In this document: piece by piece, positions 27,428 to 37,714 of the stretch | Position numbering within the stretch: position 1 is the first letter of the stretch | Layout: every line of letters starts with the position of its first letter | Translations under genes and position numbers: made by a program | The notes under the pieces: model-generated | Databases searched by the model: none | What the model was told of the DNA's origin: nothing | The model's input: only the letters and a program-made list of their open reading frames with translations | Source of the DNA: a virus | Lineage: Duplodnaviria > Caudoviricetes | IMG/VR virus record: IMGVR_UViG_3300030328_000942 | Location: 1-60,898 of that record | DNA: 60,898 bases | Strand: one strand, 5' to 3'

Positions 27428-30400
27428 CTACGGACATCCGCAATTTGATAATGTTACTGTTATGAATGGACTCAAAGATACGAATTGTGACGCACATACA
27501 AAATTCGAACCTCCACCCGCTATAGTAATTACTTGTGCACCGTTACTACAATCTACATAATCTACTGCAGTAGGTCCCGGTGAAGCATTCTCCAATAGAT
27601 AATATTGACAGACTGACGAACACCCTCTTATAAATAACTGTTGTAAAACTGTTTCCGTTGCAGGTCCCGCACTTAATTGTGTCACTTCAAAAGTACAACT
27701 TACATAATTACTTATTTCTACATAATCACCTATATTCAACGAATTAGAGAAATCTTGAATTATTTCGGTATTAACAACACCATCTTGTCTACATTGTGTT
27801 ACTTCATAAAATTGTAAATCTCCACCCGAACAACCGCACTCATCTAAATTTATTGTTAAATTACCTGATAAAGAAGTAATATCTTTTAAACAGAGAGTTG
27901 TGTTTCTACCCGGTTGTAGCGTGACACTTTGCGGGTCATCATTACAATCAATGAAGTTAATGGTAGCAGCATTTGCTAAAAAATTATCTATTCGATATTT
28001 ATAACATAAGTCATCGCAATCAGTTACAAGAGGTCTTGCCGCAGATATAACCGCATTTGTAGGGTCGGAGGTTACTCCGAGTATTTCAAACACACAATCT
28101 CCAAATCCTTGCAATTCACAAAAATCTCCTGTCGTTAATCCAAACGCTAATGCTACCGAATATTGTACATTAACTGCATCTTGTCTACATTGTTTTGCAA
28201 TATAGTTTTCGCTAAATGCTCCACATTCACAACACGCTGCAAAAGAAGTATTGGCATCATAACATAACTGAACTTCTTCAGCCGCCCTGTAGTCATATAT
28301 TAAATATAAATATTCGTCAGTAGTGTTTGGCATTACAAAGTTAGCTCTATAAGTATTACCACCACCTAAAATTGGAGTAGCATTATTAGAAGCAGCCAAT
28401 AAGTTTGCAATATTACCCGGAGTATTTACGTATAATGTACTCGTTCTTAAATACCTTAAATTATCTACCGTAGGGTCGAAAATATAATCATCGTTTGGAG
28501 CAATACGATTACTTTGTATTGTGACAGTAGCCCCATTACTTGGAGCAATACTTCCTTGTAGACCGGTCACCACACTGTATTGAGATATTAAAGGATTCGT
28601 AGTTCCTGAAGCTAATTGGACACCTACACTTGTAGTTGGAGATTGAACTACTCCATCATTCCAATCATATTCATTATGAATAAGCTCTCCTGCATTTTGG
28701 TCTCGTGAAACACACACTTGAATTATACTTATAGAATCTGCATTTGGACAAAGAACTGTAACTTCTAACACCACGTCTCCTCCACCTACCATCTCAATAA
28801 ATACACCTAAAGTTTCCGGAGTAACAGAATTTTTGTTAACCGGAAGGGTTCCACTTACTGCGGTATTTCCACTTGAATCTACTACATTATTGTATGCGAC
28901 TTCTACTTTAAAGTCATCACCACTCCCACCTAATACAGTCCAATTTACATCAACTTGTCCTACGGAGCTTCCTACGTCTACACAAAAATTAGAAGGAGCG
29001 ACATCACTAATATTTAAGGTACGTGTAACTCCACACTCAATACAATCCACTACTTGAGGGATATCTATTTCGTTAGAGCTTAATACGTACTCATTCATAT
29101 ATGGGTCATATCCGCCAAGCTTTTGAGTAGTGAAATTATCAATAAATAAATCTCTAAACCAAGAACGCATTCCCGCTTCTGAGATTACCGCAAGTTGTTC
29201 ATTTTGTGCTGAGGTTCCTTTTAGTTGTAATACCGCTCCTCTTTTTGCGTCAGTAAAGAATTTATTACTTCCCCATTTAGCAAAACTTTCGGGATTAAAA
29301 CTAATACCATATTCTTCTATTCGAGCTATCTGTGTACCAAGAACTTCAGGAACAGAGGTTACTGCTCCACCACCTACTGCGTCAGATAGTAAATTTTTCC
29401 CTGATAATATGTAAGAGATTTTATCTTCTTGTAAACAAAGTATATCTGTCTCTCTTCCGTCTAACTTCATTACCAATCCAAACTCTTCTTCTAAAGCTTT
29501 AAAATTTAATAAACCTAAATTAAATTCATTTAGTTTATTTACGTTGGATTCATCATTAAATACACCACTGTAAGTTAAATCCGCAAACCTTAATACTTCT
29601 TTATATTCTTGTGCCGATGTACTTGTAACTTGGTTTCCAAGTGTTAATGATTGTCCGGCAATTTCATCTCGTATTAAATAACTTTCAATTCCATTTCCAA
29701 ATGAATAGCAATTAAAAAATGCAGTATTAATAATACCTGTGTTAGTCCCCCCTGCTCCACCAAATTGGTTCTGTACATTACCTATGTGAGCTCCTTGTGG
29801 AAGCGGATAACTATCAATAGTAGTAAAAGAGGGGTTGTCGGGAGGAGTAGATGGACTAACCACCATTGTTGTACATTCTCCTATTACTATCGTAGTTTCT
29901 CCCGGTGCTACTACTATATTGGCAGGATTGCCATTTACATCAACATAATCAAACTGTATTGGGGTTGATTGAGATGAAGATACGGTTGCTTCAAACTCAC
30001 ACGAATTAGCTTTAGCTAAAGGATAAGAGTCTGAACTTAAATACCATAAATCAGGAACTGCATCTGTAGGTTTAGTTTCCCACGCTATAAAAGAAGTGGC
30101 TCTAATAACTTCTATAAGAACTCGTAATCGAACATTTTTTTTATTACCACTATATCCTTCAGAACTTTTTACTTTTAACCATAATGAACCCGCAGGGGCA
30201 ATCGTGTCATAAAAAGAACACGAAATAGCACAACAATTACAACTTGCTATACTATTCATCGCAGAGTTATATCCAATTCCACTTACTCCTGTTCCGCTAT
30301 CACTCCCTTGTGCAGATAGAGATGAAGCAATTTGTTGACCATCAAACCAATCTTTGAAATTAGGGTAGTCTTGATTAGCGGTAAAATTTTCATCTACTAA

Positions 30401-32824
30401 ATATTTACGTTCAGGAACTCCGGCTTTTCCTTGTCTATAATTATCAATACGTATTCTAATTTTACTTCCTGCCGGTATGTCATAGTTTTCATACAAAGGT
30501 GCGACTGTAGTAGATATATGTACCGGATAGTTTATGGTTCTACACCCACTCCCTTTTGAACTTCTTTCTCCAAAATTTATAACTGAATTTTCCTCAAATG
30601 TTGCTGAAAACTCATTGGGTCTCATTTTCATATAAACCCCTGTTGGAATAGGGATAGCGTCTGATGTGCCGGGAATAATGGGAGGATTGTCCTCGCCTAA
30701 AAAGTTTGCAACTTGAGATTTTTTTTCTAATACCGTAGCAAAAGCACATCTTTCAAGAGGTCCTGTCGAATCAGCTTTTACTTGTAAGATATCACCCTCT
30801 TCTACTTTTTGAGCGTTTTGTCCTTCTAATAAAAAATATGTTGCTGAACTGACAGGGTCAGTAAAGAAGAATGAACTATAAATATTAAAGTAATTTTCTT
30901 TATCTTGTTTAATGCACAACTTATATCGAGTAGCCCAATCAGGAGCAATTTGAGTAGTAGGTATTGTAACTTGAATAGAGTTTTTAGAATCAGACTCTGA
31001 ACAAGGAACGTGTACTGTATTATTTTGACTTACTAAAGCAGTGGAAGCTCTATTAAACTCATCCATATAAATTATACCAACCTCATAACTTCTATTACTT
31101 TTTAAAGACTTAGGGTCTCCAATGGTTTGAAAAGTACACGAAGCACTTGCTACTTGATAATCCTCATAAGCTTCTTGAGTTATCGCAACCCCTGTAGGGT
31201 CATCTACAAAACGCATTCTCAACAAGGTAAATCCTATATTAGGATTACCCGCAGAAGCTATAACTGTCATAGGTTGATTGGCTCCACTAACTCCACTTTC
31301 ATATTTTGTTAAAGCCCCTAACGTATTTGGAATTACGCAATTAAATTTATCAGTAGTTGTAACACCATCACACGCATCAGGTACCAATTGAATATTAGCT
31401 ATCGTCCCCATTTGGTCTAAAAACTCTTGGCTTGAAGCCATATCAAATGCAGAACCATAATCACGAGGACAGATAAAAGTAAAATTTATTGCAACTAATG
31501 GAGTGTCAGCAGCCGGAGGATTAGGACCCGTCCATCCTTGATGCTCAAAATTAATTTCAAAATCAAATATAGAACCCGCTTGTATATCTAATGAATCTAT
31601 GTCAAGAAATATAATCGCTCCATTTTGTACGGTAGAAGAAGTAGGTCCAAAAGTATAGGATGTGGTAGCCGTTTGTTCTTCTACGTCTTCTACACCTATA
31701 TCTTCTGATATTAAATCAGTGGTGTAATTTAATTGGACGGGAGCACCCGCAGCCGTAAGTAAATCATATTGTTCTAAATAGTTTCCATAAATTAATCGGT
31801 TCCCCATTAAAGTTTGAGCTTGAGCTAATCGAGGAACATTGTCATATAGTCTTAGTATTTCGCTACTTGGTAATACCGTAAATATTTTGCTATCTGAAAA
31901 CTCATAAGTGTATTCAGTATTATCAGTTATGTTTAATAAGCTTTTATCTAATTTTTCTATTACTCGAATACTTCCATTATTCATATCCTTCCATAGTAAT
32001 TCTATAGCTACTACTAATGGACCTCCTGAGTCATATCTAATGTTAGCTACATTAATAGCGTTTAACATTCCTTCATTTAACCCTACGCCAAAGTCATATG
32101 AAAAAGGTGAAGGAATAAATGCAGGTTCTGAAAACTGTGAAGTGGCTGAAAACTCTCCGTCAGCATATTGATATCTATAAGCAAAACAAACAAACCTATC
32201 TTCTAAAAAATTATTTTGAGAAGCGGCTGAAATAAACTGTAACGATGGAGAAGTTCTCGGTGGCTTTTTAATTACAAGTAAAGACTCGGCATCAAACCCA
32301 TCTATGTTTGCAACAGGATTAGGATAGTTTCTTTGTACATTTATAAAACGTGGAGGATTAATGTTGTCAGTAAAAAACAAAAGCTTTGAATCAACAAGGC
32401 TTATTCCTGTGATTAAGTATGAAGGGTTAAAATTTAACTTAGTTCCACTCCCTGTATCATCACTAATACTAATTACGTGATAAGTAATTACTTGAGTTTG
32501 GACGTTATAAGAAACAATTAAATCAATTGTGTTAGTAGGACTTGAGGGGTAATCGCCATCGTGTATAAACCAATATATAGTTTCATTACCTCCATCTTCA
32601 AAAGCACCAATACATCGAGCTGAACTTGATAAAGCAATACCGTCATATTCTAATGTGGTTAAAGCCACATTTCCTTTAGTGTTCTCTACTGAACCTACTT
32701 CAGTTTCTTCAGTAGAACCTAAACGCACATTTAACGCATCAACATATTGTCCATTAGGTAAAAGCCTTTCATCAAGACTTTTATTCATTATACCCGCTAT
32801 AAAATTTCTTTGCAAATTTGCCAT
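27428..32824 (-). CDS. Large tail (nozzle/stabilisation-type) protein with C-terminal Cys-rich repeats
   Basis: MNKSLDERLLPNGQYVDALNV N-terminus, LFFTDNINPPRFIN, FAYRYQYADGE motifs typical of Bacteroidota podovirus tail proteins. Confidence 0.7.
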   Translation of the reverse strand: MANLQRNFIAGIMNKSLDERLLPNGQYVDALNVRLGSTEETEVGSVENTKGNVALTTLEYDGIALSSSARCIGAFEDGGNETIYWFIHDGDYPSSPTNTIDLIVSYNVQTQVITYHVISISDDTGSGTKLNFNPSYLITGISLVDSKLLFFTDNINPPRFINVQRNYPNPVANIDGFDAESLLVIKKPPRTSPSLQFISAASQNNFLEDRFVCFAYRYQYADGEFSATSQFSEPAFIPSPFSYDFGVGLNEGMLNAINVANIRYDSGGPLVVAIELLWKDMNNGSIRVIEKLDKSLLNITDNTEYTYEFSDSKIFTVLPSSEILRLYDNVPRLAQAQTLMGNRLIYGNYLEQYDLLTAAGAPVQLNYTTDLISEDIGVEDVEEQTATTSYTFGPTSSTVQNGAIIFLDIDSLDIQAGSIFDFEINFEHQGWTGPNPPAADTPLVAINFTFICPRDYGSAFDMASSQEFLDQMGTIANIQLVPDACDGVTTTDKFNCVIPNTLGALTKYESGVSGANQPMTVIASAGNPNIGFTLLRMRFVDDPTGVAITQEAYEDYQVASASCTFQTIGDPKSLKSNRSYEVGIIYMDEFNRASTALVSQNNTVHVPCSESDSKNSIQVTIPTTQIAPDWATRYKLCIKQDKENYFNIYSSFFFTDPVSSATYFLLEGQNAQKVEEGDILQVKADSTGPLERCAFATVLEKKSQVANFLGEDNPPIIPGTSDAIPIPTGVYMKMRPNEFSATFEENSVINFGERSSKGSGCRTINYPVHISTTVAPLYENYDIPAGSKIRIRIDNYRQGKAGVPERKYLVDENFTANQDYPNFKDWFDGQQIASSLSAQGSDSGTGVSGIGYNSAMNSIASCNCCAISCSFYDTIAPAGSLWLKVKSSEGYSGNKKNVRLRVLIEVIRATSFIAWETKPTDAVPDLWYLSSDSYPLAKANSCEFEATVSSSQSTPIQFDYVDVNGNPANIVVAPGETTIVIGECTTMVVSPSTPPDNPSFTTIDSYPLPQGAHIGNVQNQFGGAGGTNTGIINTAFFNCYSFGNGIESYLIRDEIAGQSLTLGNQVTSTSAQEYKEVLRFADLTYSGVFNDESNVNKLNEFNLGLLNFKALEEEFGLVMKLDGRETDILCLQEDKISYILSGKNLLSDAVGGGAVTSVPEVLGTQIARIEEYGISFNPESFAKWGSNKFFTDAKRGAVLQLKGTSAQNEQLAVISEAGMRSWFRDLFIDNFTTQKLGGYDPYMNEYVLSSNEIDIPQVVDCIECGVTRTLNISDVAPSNFCVDVGSSVGQVDVNWTVLGGSGDDFKVEVAYNNVVDSSGNTAVSGTLPVNKNSVTPETLGVFIEMVGGGDVVLEVTVLCPNADSISIIQVCVSRDQNAGELIHNEYDWNDGVVQSPTTSVGVQLASGTTNPLISQYSVVTGLQGSIAPSNGATVTIQSNRIAPNDDYIFDPTVDNLRYLRTSTLYVNTPGNIANLLAASNNATPILGGGNTYRANFVMPNTTDEYLYLIYDYRAAEEVQLCYDANTSFAACCECGAFSENYIAKQCRQDAVNVQYSVALAFGLTTGDFCELQGFGDCVFEILGVTSDPTNAVISAARPLVTDCDDLCYKYRIDNFLANAATINFIDCNDDPQSVTLQPGRNTTLCLKDITSLSGNLTINLDECGCSGGDLQFYEVTQCRQDGVVNTEIIQDFSNSLNIGDYVEISNYVSCTFEVTQLSAGPATETVLQQLFIRGCSSVCQYYLLENASPGPTAVDYVDCSNGAQVITIAGGGSNFVCASQFVSLSPFITVTLSNCGCP

Positions 32825-32825
32825 A

Positions 32826-33749
32826 TTACTTTAGCCATTTATCCTTACCTCTCATATTCATTAAAAGTCTTCCCGGATGTATGTTACTTATTCTAATTTT
32901 TGCATTTCTTAATAATGCACTTTTTCTTTTACGTGCTCTATTAACAAGATATTCTTGAGTTCCTTGTTTAGAATTAAGTATTGCATACTCAATGTAAGCA
33001 TATATATAGTCTTCAAATAGTTTGTTTACCGTAATTGCTGACACATCTCCATTCTCCATTCCATCAGAAACATACTCTAAGACAACTGATTGATTAGCTA
33101 TTTGGGAACTAAAGTTTATTACTCCTCCTTTTTTATCAATACTAAAAGTAGGATTTGAATTAGCAGTCTCTGTGTTTAAACCAAATCGTGCTCCAATTCT
33201 ATAATCAAAATACCAATACCCATCACAACACCAACCTTCCATTCCATTAAAAGGACTATTAGAATTTAAATAAATACTTCTTTCTCCTCCCGTAATTCTA
33301 TCAAAGTCTAACTCAGAAAATTGAGGACTTAAAGCCTCACCTGTATGGTCAAACAATATTCTACAATTGTTGTCTTGTAGGTACGCACTACTCCAATTAG
33401 TTTGGATGTTTTCAGTTAATGGGAAAAGCAATCCATCTTTATGCATTGAGATTCTAACCCAATTCACATAATCAGATGGTAATACATATCTTAATGTGTT
33501 ACATACGGTAAGTTGTAATATTTTAATTTCCTTAAATGCATCGTAGTTTAATTCTTGTATTCCACGTTTTGCGTGAAATAAAATCTTATATCTCTCCTCG
33601 TTGTTTACAAGACTATGATTACCTGCATACATCAACATAAAATTATTTACTATATCATATAAAGACACATACTGATAAGAACCCCAATTAGCATTCTCAG
33701 GTTGGCTTCCACCATTTTCGTAATATTGATATTGTGATATATAAGGCAT
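32826..33749 (-). CDS. Tail ring/adaptor protein
   Basis: Position after capsid cluster; LPSDYVNWVRI motif. Confidence 0.6.
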   Translation of the reverse strand: MPYISQYQYYENGGSQPENANWGSYQYVSLYDIVNNFMLMYAGNHSLVNNEERYKILFHAKRGIQELNYDAFKEIKILQLTVCNTLRYVLPSDYVNWVRISMHKDGLLFPLTENIQTNWSSAYLQDNNCRILFDHTGEALSPQFSELDFDRITGGERSIYLNSNSPFNGMEGWCCDGYWYFDYRIGARFGLNTETANSNPTFSIDKKGGVINFSSQIANQSVVLEYVSDGMENGDVSAITVNKLFEDYIYAYIEYAILNSKQGTQEYLVNRARKRKSALLRNAKIRISNIHPGRLLMNMRGKDKWLK

Positions 33750-33756
33750 AATTTAT

Positions 33757-34722
33757 TTATTTTTCTTCTTGGTCTTCTTTTGCTTCTAATCCTTGTCCAA
33801 ATTGTACCGCAGCTACTTCTCTAATAGACATACCTGCATACTGTAATATTTTTAAAACCAAAGTTGGTTCATCAGATATGGATAATTCAAAATCTTGATA
33901 GTCAGTTTGAGATTGGTCAAATGATGGTTCACCTCCAACTAAGTTTACATAAGTCCATTTAGGGTCTTCAGGATATCTTATGTATTGACATTGCACTGCT
34001 CCCAAAGTATTTATACTTGCAGGGAATAAAGTCAGTAATGGTTCTTGCTGAGTGTATGCAGGAAACAAAGTTGAAGGTGCAGTTAACATTGAATTGTTAA
34101 GCATTGTTATTTTACTTTGCGTAACTTTTTCTGCCTCATTTACTATAGCATCATCATATATAGCATATCCTTCCGGAGTTGCAGTAAAAATATCAGCAAC
34201 AGTTCCGTCTTCGTTTATTAACTCTAACTCTTGTGAGCTAAGTACCGCACCCACATAAGCCACCTGTCCTGTTGTGGTATTAGCAACTATATCTCCTACT
34301 TGAACTCCATCTGCAATAAAATCTGCAGAGGTTAAATCTTCTAACACACCTACTGATACACCATCGTTTACTCCTGAAGCTAATAACCTTGTATACGCTA
34401 AAACTTTATTGAGTAAGTAATAATTATCATTAGTGGTTAAGGGACTTGGAGTAAAGAACCTATTATTAAACTGATGAGCTAAAAACTTAGTTTCCGAAAA
34501 AATGTTTATCACCTCTTCATAGTTCTTCACTATATCCGCATACCCTGTTCCGGACTGTCTTACATTTTCCTTATTAAGTTGGTAGTTATACTGATAAAAA
34601 TAATCTTCAAATATATCTAACTGAGCTTGTTTTGCAAACAAGTTAAAATCTGCAGGAGATATGTATCCGTAGTTATTCTTATTAAGTATAGATAATACTG
34701 TGTTTCTTACCGAGTTTATCAT
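33757..34722 (-). CDS. Head-tail adaptor/ring protein
   Basis: NKNNYGYISPADFNLFAKQAQ N-terminus; YIRYP..PKW. Confidence 0.6.
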   Translation of the reverse strand: MINSVRNTVLSILNKNNYGYISPADFNLFAKQAQLDIFEDYFYQYNYQLNKENVRQSGTGYADIVKNYEEVINIFSETKFLAHQFNNRFFTPSPLTTNDNYYLLNKVLAYTRLLASGVNDGVSVGVLEDLTSADFIADGVQVGDIVANTTTGQVAYVGAVLSSQELELINEDGTVADIFTATPEGYAIYDDAIVNEAEKVTQSKITMLNNSMLTAPSTLFPAYTQQEPLLTLFPASINTLGAVQCQYIRYPEDPKWTYVNLVGGEPSFDQSQTDYQDFELSISDEPTLVLKILQYAGMSIREVAAVQFGQGLEAKEDQEEK

Positions 34723-34739
34723 CTGTTAATACTTTGTTA

Positions 34740-34747
34740 CAAAGATA
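34740..34747 (-). promoter_or_regulatory. Late promoter -7 box TATCTTTG
   Basis: Intergenic, just downstream of a terminator. Confidence 0.6.
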
Positions 34748-34750
34748 AGC

Positions 34751-34783
34751 AAAAAAAAAAGAGGACTCTTTTTAAGCCCTCTT
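34751..34783 (-). terminator. Intrinsic terminator
   Basis: Minus strand AAGAGGGCTT-AAAA-AGAGTCCTC-T10. Confidence 0.7.
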
Positions 34784-34808
34784 CTTAATTTCTTCAATAA
34801 AACAATTG

Positions 34809-35054
34809 TTATGCAACTGTTGTTATTGCTTGACTTAAAGTTACATCAATGGTGGAATCAGTATAAGATTGTCCCCATACCGCTACAAGAGCATCTTCAA
34901 CTGCAGTTTTATCTGCCGCTCCAAAACTTCCTGCTCCGGTAAGGTTAATTTGCTTGTCATCATAATTGAGAGTTAATGTTCCCCCGCTTACGCCAACATA
35001 TACTACACTACCTCCAAAAACATAATCTCCGATTTTTAAAAATTTATTCATCAT
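34809..35054 (-). CDS. Small structural (decoration-like) protein
   Basis: ORF track; resembles its upstream neighbour. Confidence 0.6.
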   Translation of the reverse strand: MMNKFLKIGDYVFGGSVVYVGVSGGTLTLNYDDKQINLTGAGSFGAADKTAVEDALVAVWGQSYTDSTIDVTLSQAITTVA

Positions 35055-35066
35055 AGTTTCTAAGGT

Positions 35067-35342
35067 TTAAAAGGTGAATGTTACTGCGTTTACGTCTTCG
35101 CTTAATGCCGGTATCGTATACTTTACCGTGCTCCATTTATGTTGCTGAGAACTCTTGATAACACCAAATACGATGTCTGCGTCTCCTTGTACTAACGCTG
35201 ATGCTGATGCAATAGCGATACTCGAACCATTATTATAATCAATGATTACATCATCATTTGCGTCAATATAGCAAGATGCAACATTCATTAATGAAATAAG
35301 TCCTGAACCACCTGTAGTGGTTATTTCTCCATACTTGTTCAT
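35067..35342 (-). CDS. Small structural protein (start probably MNKYG at 35342)
   Basis: The -7 box at 35373-35380 overlaps the longer track start, favouring the later ATG. Confidence 0.6.
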   Translation of the reverse strand: MNKYGEITTTGGSGLISLMNVASCYIDANDDVIIDYNNGSSIAIASASALVQGDADIVFGVIKSSQQHKWSTVKYTIPALSEDVNAVTFTF

Positions 35343-35372
35343 AATAAAAAAATTTATGAGGTTAATAAAGTA

Positions 35373-35380
35373 CAAAGATA
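35373..35380 (-). promoter_or_regulatory. Late promoter -7 box TATCTTTG
   Basis: Recurrent intergenic motif. Confidence 0.6.
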
Positions 35381-35403
35381 AACAAAAAAACTATGCACTA
35401 TTT

Positions 35404-36141
35404 CTACATTTGCTTTTCTAAAAACGCTAACACTTCTACACCATCATCGGTTGTAAACCACTGAGATAAAAACTCATTACGTTCTATACCAAAAGGTATT
35501 TTAATCATACGTTTTTTGTTACCTGTTAAGTTAAAATATACCTCTCTGTTTTTAGGTCTATACACGAGAAGTTTCTCATCAAAGAACTTTTGTACAGAAG
35601 ATTGTAATTTTAAGTTAGGGTCATTGATAGCATTTAAAAAAGCCGAAGGATTTCTACGAGCAAAAATCATTACATCTCTACGAAGCTCGGCTGATGTCAT
35701 AATAGATACATCTTTTGAAAACAAAACTCTTCCGATACTTTCTAATTGCTCCACACCCATTGCTTTAGCTTCAACCAATGCGTCTACTTCTACATTGATA
35801 GCCTCTACTACTTCGGCAGCATCTTTACCATAATCTACCTCAACAAACCTTTTGCCTCGCAAAGGGTGGTAGTGTAAAAACTCTTGAAGTATAGGATTGT
35901 TTTTTGCAACTCTAAGAAGACCGTCTGTAAAGATAACCGGTTCTACTATTGCCTTTCCATCTTGCTCATCCTCGAAAGGTGACTTTTGATTTCTTGCATA
36001 TCTTAAAGCTCTATTGTAACCTTTTTCTTCATCAAAATAAAGTAAAGGATTTCTTGGGGTATTTCTTGAAGGGATAATACACGACAGAGGGGCTCTGTCT
36101 CTTGTGAGTTTATAAACTCTATCTTTTATTTCTAATTTCAT
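35404..36141 (-). CDS. Hypothetical protein downstream of the major capsid gene
   Basis: ORF track; RALRYARNQKSPF.DEQ motif. Confidence 0.7.
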   Translation of the reverse strand: MKLEIKDRVYKLTRDRAPLSCIIPSRNTPRNPLLYFDEEKGYNRALRYARNQKSPFEDEQDGKAIVEPVIFTDGLLRVAKNNPILQEFLHYHPLRGKRFVEVDYGKDAAEVVEAINVEVDALVEAKAMGVEQLESIGRVLFSKDVSIMTSAELRRDVMIFARRNPSAFLNAINDPNLKLQSSVQKFFDEKLLVYRPKNREVYFNLTGNKKRMIKIPFGIERNEFLSQWFTTDDGVEVLAFLEKQM

Positions 36142-36168
36142 TTTAATTAAATTTAATTTTTAAACAAT

Positions 36169-36207
36169 AAAAAAAAGGGAAGTGTCTTTAAAGACACTCC
36201 CTCTTTT
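36169..36207 (-). terminator. Terminator after the major capsid gene; stem built on palindrome copy 10 (36182-36197)
   Basis: Minus strand GAGGGA-GTGTCTTTAAAGACAC-TTCCC-TTTTTTTT. Confidence 0.8.
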
Positions 36208-36216
36208 CAATAACTA

Positions 36217-37686
36217 TTAGTTGTCAAACAACACGAAGTTGTTAGCACCTAATACACACACACATCTTTCAGATAAGTAGTTAACTCTCATCTCATCAAC
36301 ATCTGTCGTAGCTGCTCCACCTGCTGAACCTGTAATCCACGTTTTGTAACGTCTGTCTTCAGTTTCAGAAGCTCTATATCTAACGTGTAGATAAGGTCTC
36401 TTAGCGTTTTTACCAAGAACTTGGTCATAAACACTTGTAGAACCTGCAGGTACTAATAGACCGTTGATACTTCCTGAACCAACTCCTGTAGGTAAATCAC
36501 CTCTCATTGTTGGGTCGTTTAAGTATTTCCAATCTGTTTTGTAGAAGTCATATCCTCTACGGAAACCTGTAAATCCTAAGTTAAGAGCCATCTCTGTATC
36601 GTTGTCAAATAGACCATAAGATGTACCACCTACTCCATAAGAGTTTTGTTCTGCTAACATATCATCGATAGCGAAACTAAACTGTCTGTCAAGGAATAAT
36701 ACATTCTCTTCGATAGCACCCTGTGCATCTAATCTACCAATGATAGTATCAAAGTCAGCTAATGTGTCAGGCACTCCGCCTGTCCATAAGTTACCTCTGT
36801 CAGCAACTACAAAGAATACACCGTCAGAACCTTTATTACCAAAGTTCGGGTTAACTGCAGGGTCAACAACACCTGAGTTAGCCTCAGCCGGTACTGCTTC
36901 AACCATTGCAGTTTCTAAGTAATCATCGAATCTTAGTCTTGTTTCGTGCTCAGACTTCATATACCAAAGGTATCCTGATGCTCCGTTTTCAGTTGTGATT
37001 TCAATCCAACCGATTTGAGCCATATCTGAACCATTAACAAGGTAAGTATCTTTTACGATAATTGGTGAATTATCAAAGATGTAGTCATCAGATTCTAATG
37101 AACCTGCCATACCTGCAGTTCCTTTTCTAAATTCAGAACCGTAGATAAAGATAGTATAAGCTGCTGCTGCAACTAAACCTGCACCTTCGTAAAATGCTAC
37201 TGTACACGTACTGTTCGCTAAGTCAGTCCCGGTAACAATACCTTTGTTTTCTCCTGACCCATCGTTAGCAACGACAACAACTGTCTGACCTTCTCTAATT
37301 GCAATCCCGTTTGCCGCTCCAAATGCTGCAGCCCCTGTAGTTTGTATAGGGTTACCTTGTGCATCAAGAGGTTGAGACGGGTCATTAATAGTGAAAGTAG
37401 CGACATCGTCACCACCAACTGCTGCAGTTGTACAGTTTATGTATTTAATATGCAATCTTCCTTGCTCTGCCCACTTTATAAGGTCAGAGTTAGAAGGCAT
37501 TTCTGCTCCTACTAAACGTAGGAATGAACTAATTGTTCTATTACCATATCTTTCAAATTCTTTCTCATATGTATCAGGAAGATACTGATTCAAGAAATCG
37601 AAATTGGTAATATAATTTGTGCTTAGCGGCACTTGTTGTGCCGATGGCTGTAAGTCGAAACCTACGCCGCCTAATGCTCCTGCCAT
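36217..37686 (-). CDS. Major capsid protein
   Basis: After portal and scaffold; QYLPDTYEKEFERYGNR and LNLGF.GFRRGYDFYKTDWKYLND motifs; followed by a strong terminator. Confidence 0.8.
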   Translation of the reverse strand: MAGALGGVGFDLQPSAQQVPLSTNYITNFDFLNQYLPDTYEKEFERYGNRTISSFLRLVGAEMPSNSDLIKWAEQGRLHIKYINCTTAAVGGDDVATFTINDPSQPLDAQGNPIQTTGAAAFGAANGIAIREGQTVVVVANDGSGENKGIVTGTDLANSTCTVAFYEGAGLVAAAAYTIFIYGSEFRKGTAGMAGSLESDDYIFDNSPIIVKDTYLVNGSDMAQIGWIEITTENGASGYLWYMKSEHETRLRFDDYLETAMVEAVPAEANSGVVDPAVNPNFGNKGSDGVFFVVADRGNLWTGGVPDTLADFDTIIGRLDAQGAIEENVLFLDRQFSFAIDDMLAEQNSYGVGGTSYGLFDNDTEMALNLGFTGFRRGYDFYKTDWKYLNDPTMRGDLPTGVGSGSINGLLVPAGSTSVYDQVLGKNAKRPYLHVRYRASETEDRRYKTWITGSAGGAATTDVDEMRVNYLSERCVCVLGANNFVLFDN

Positions 37687-37714
37687 AATTTCTAATTTTT
37701 AAATGGTTATTACT

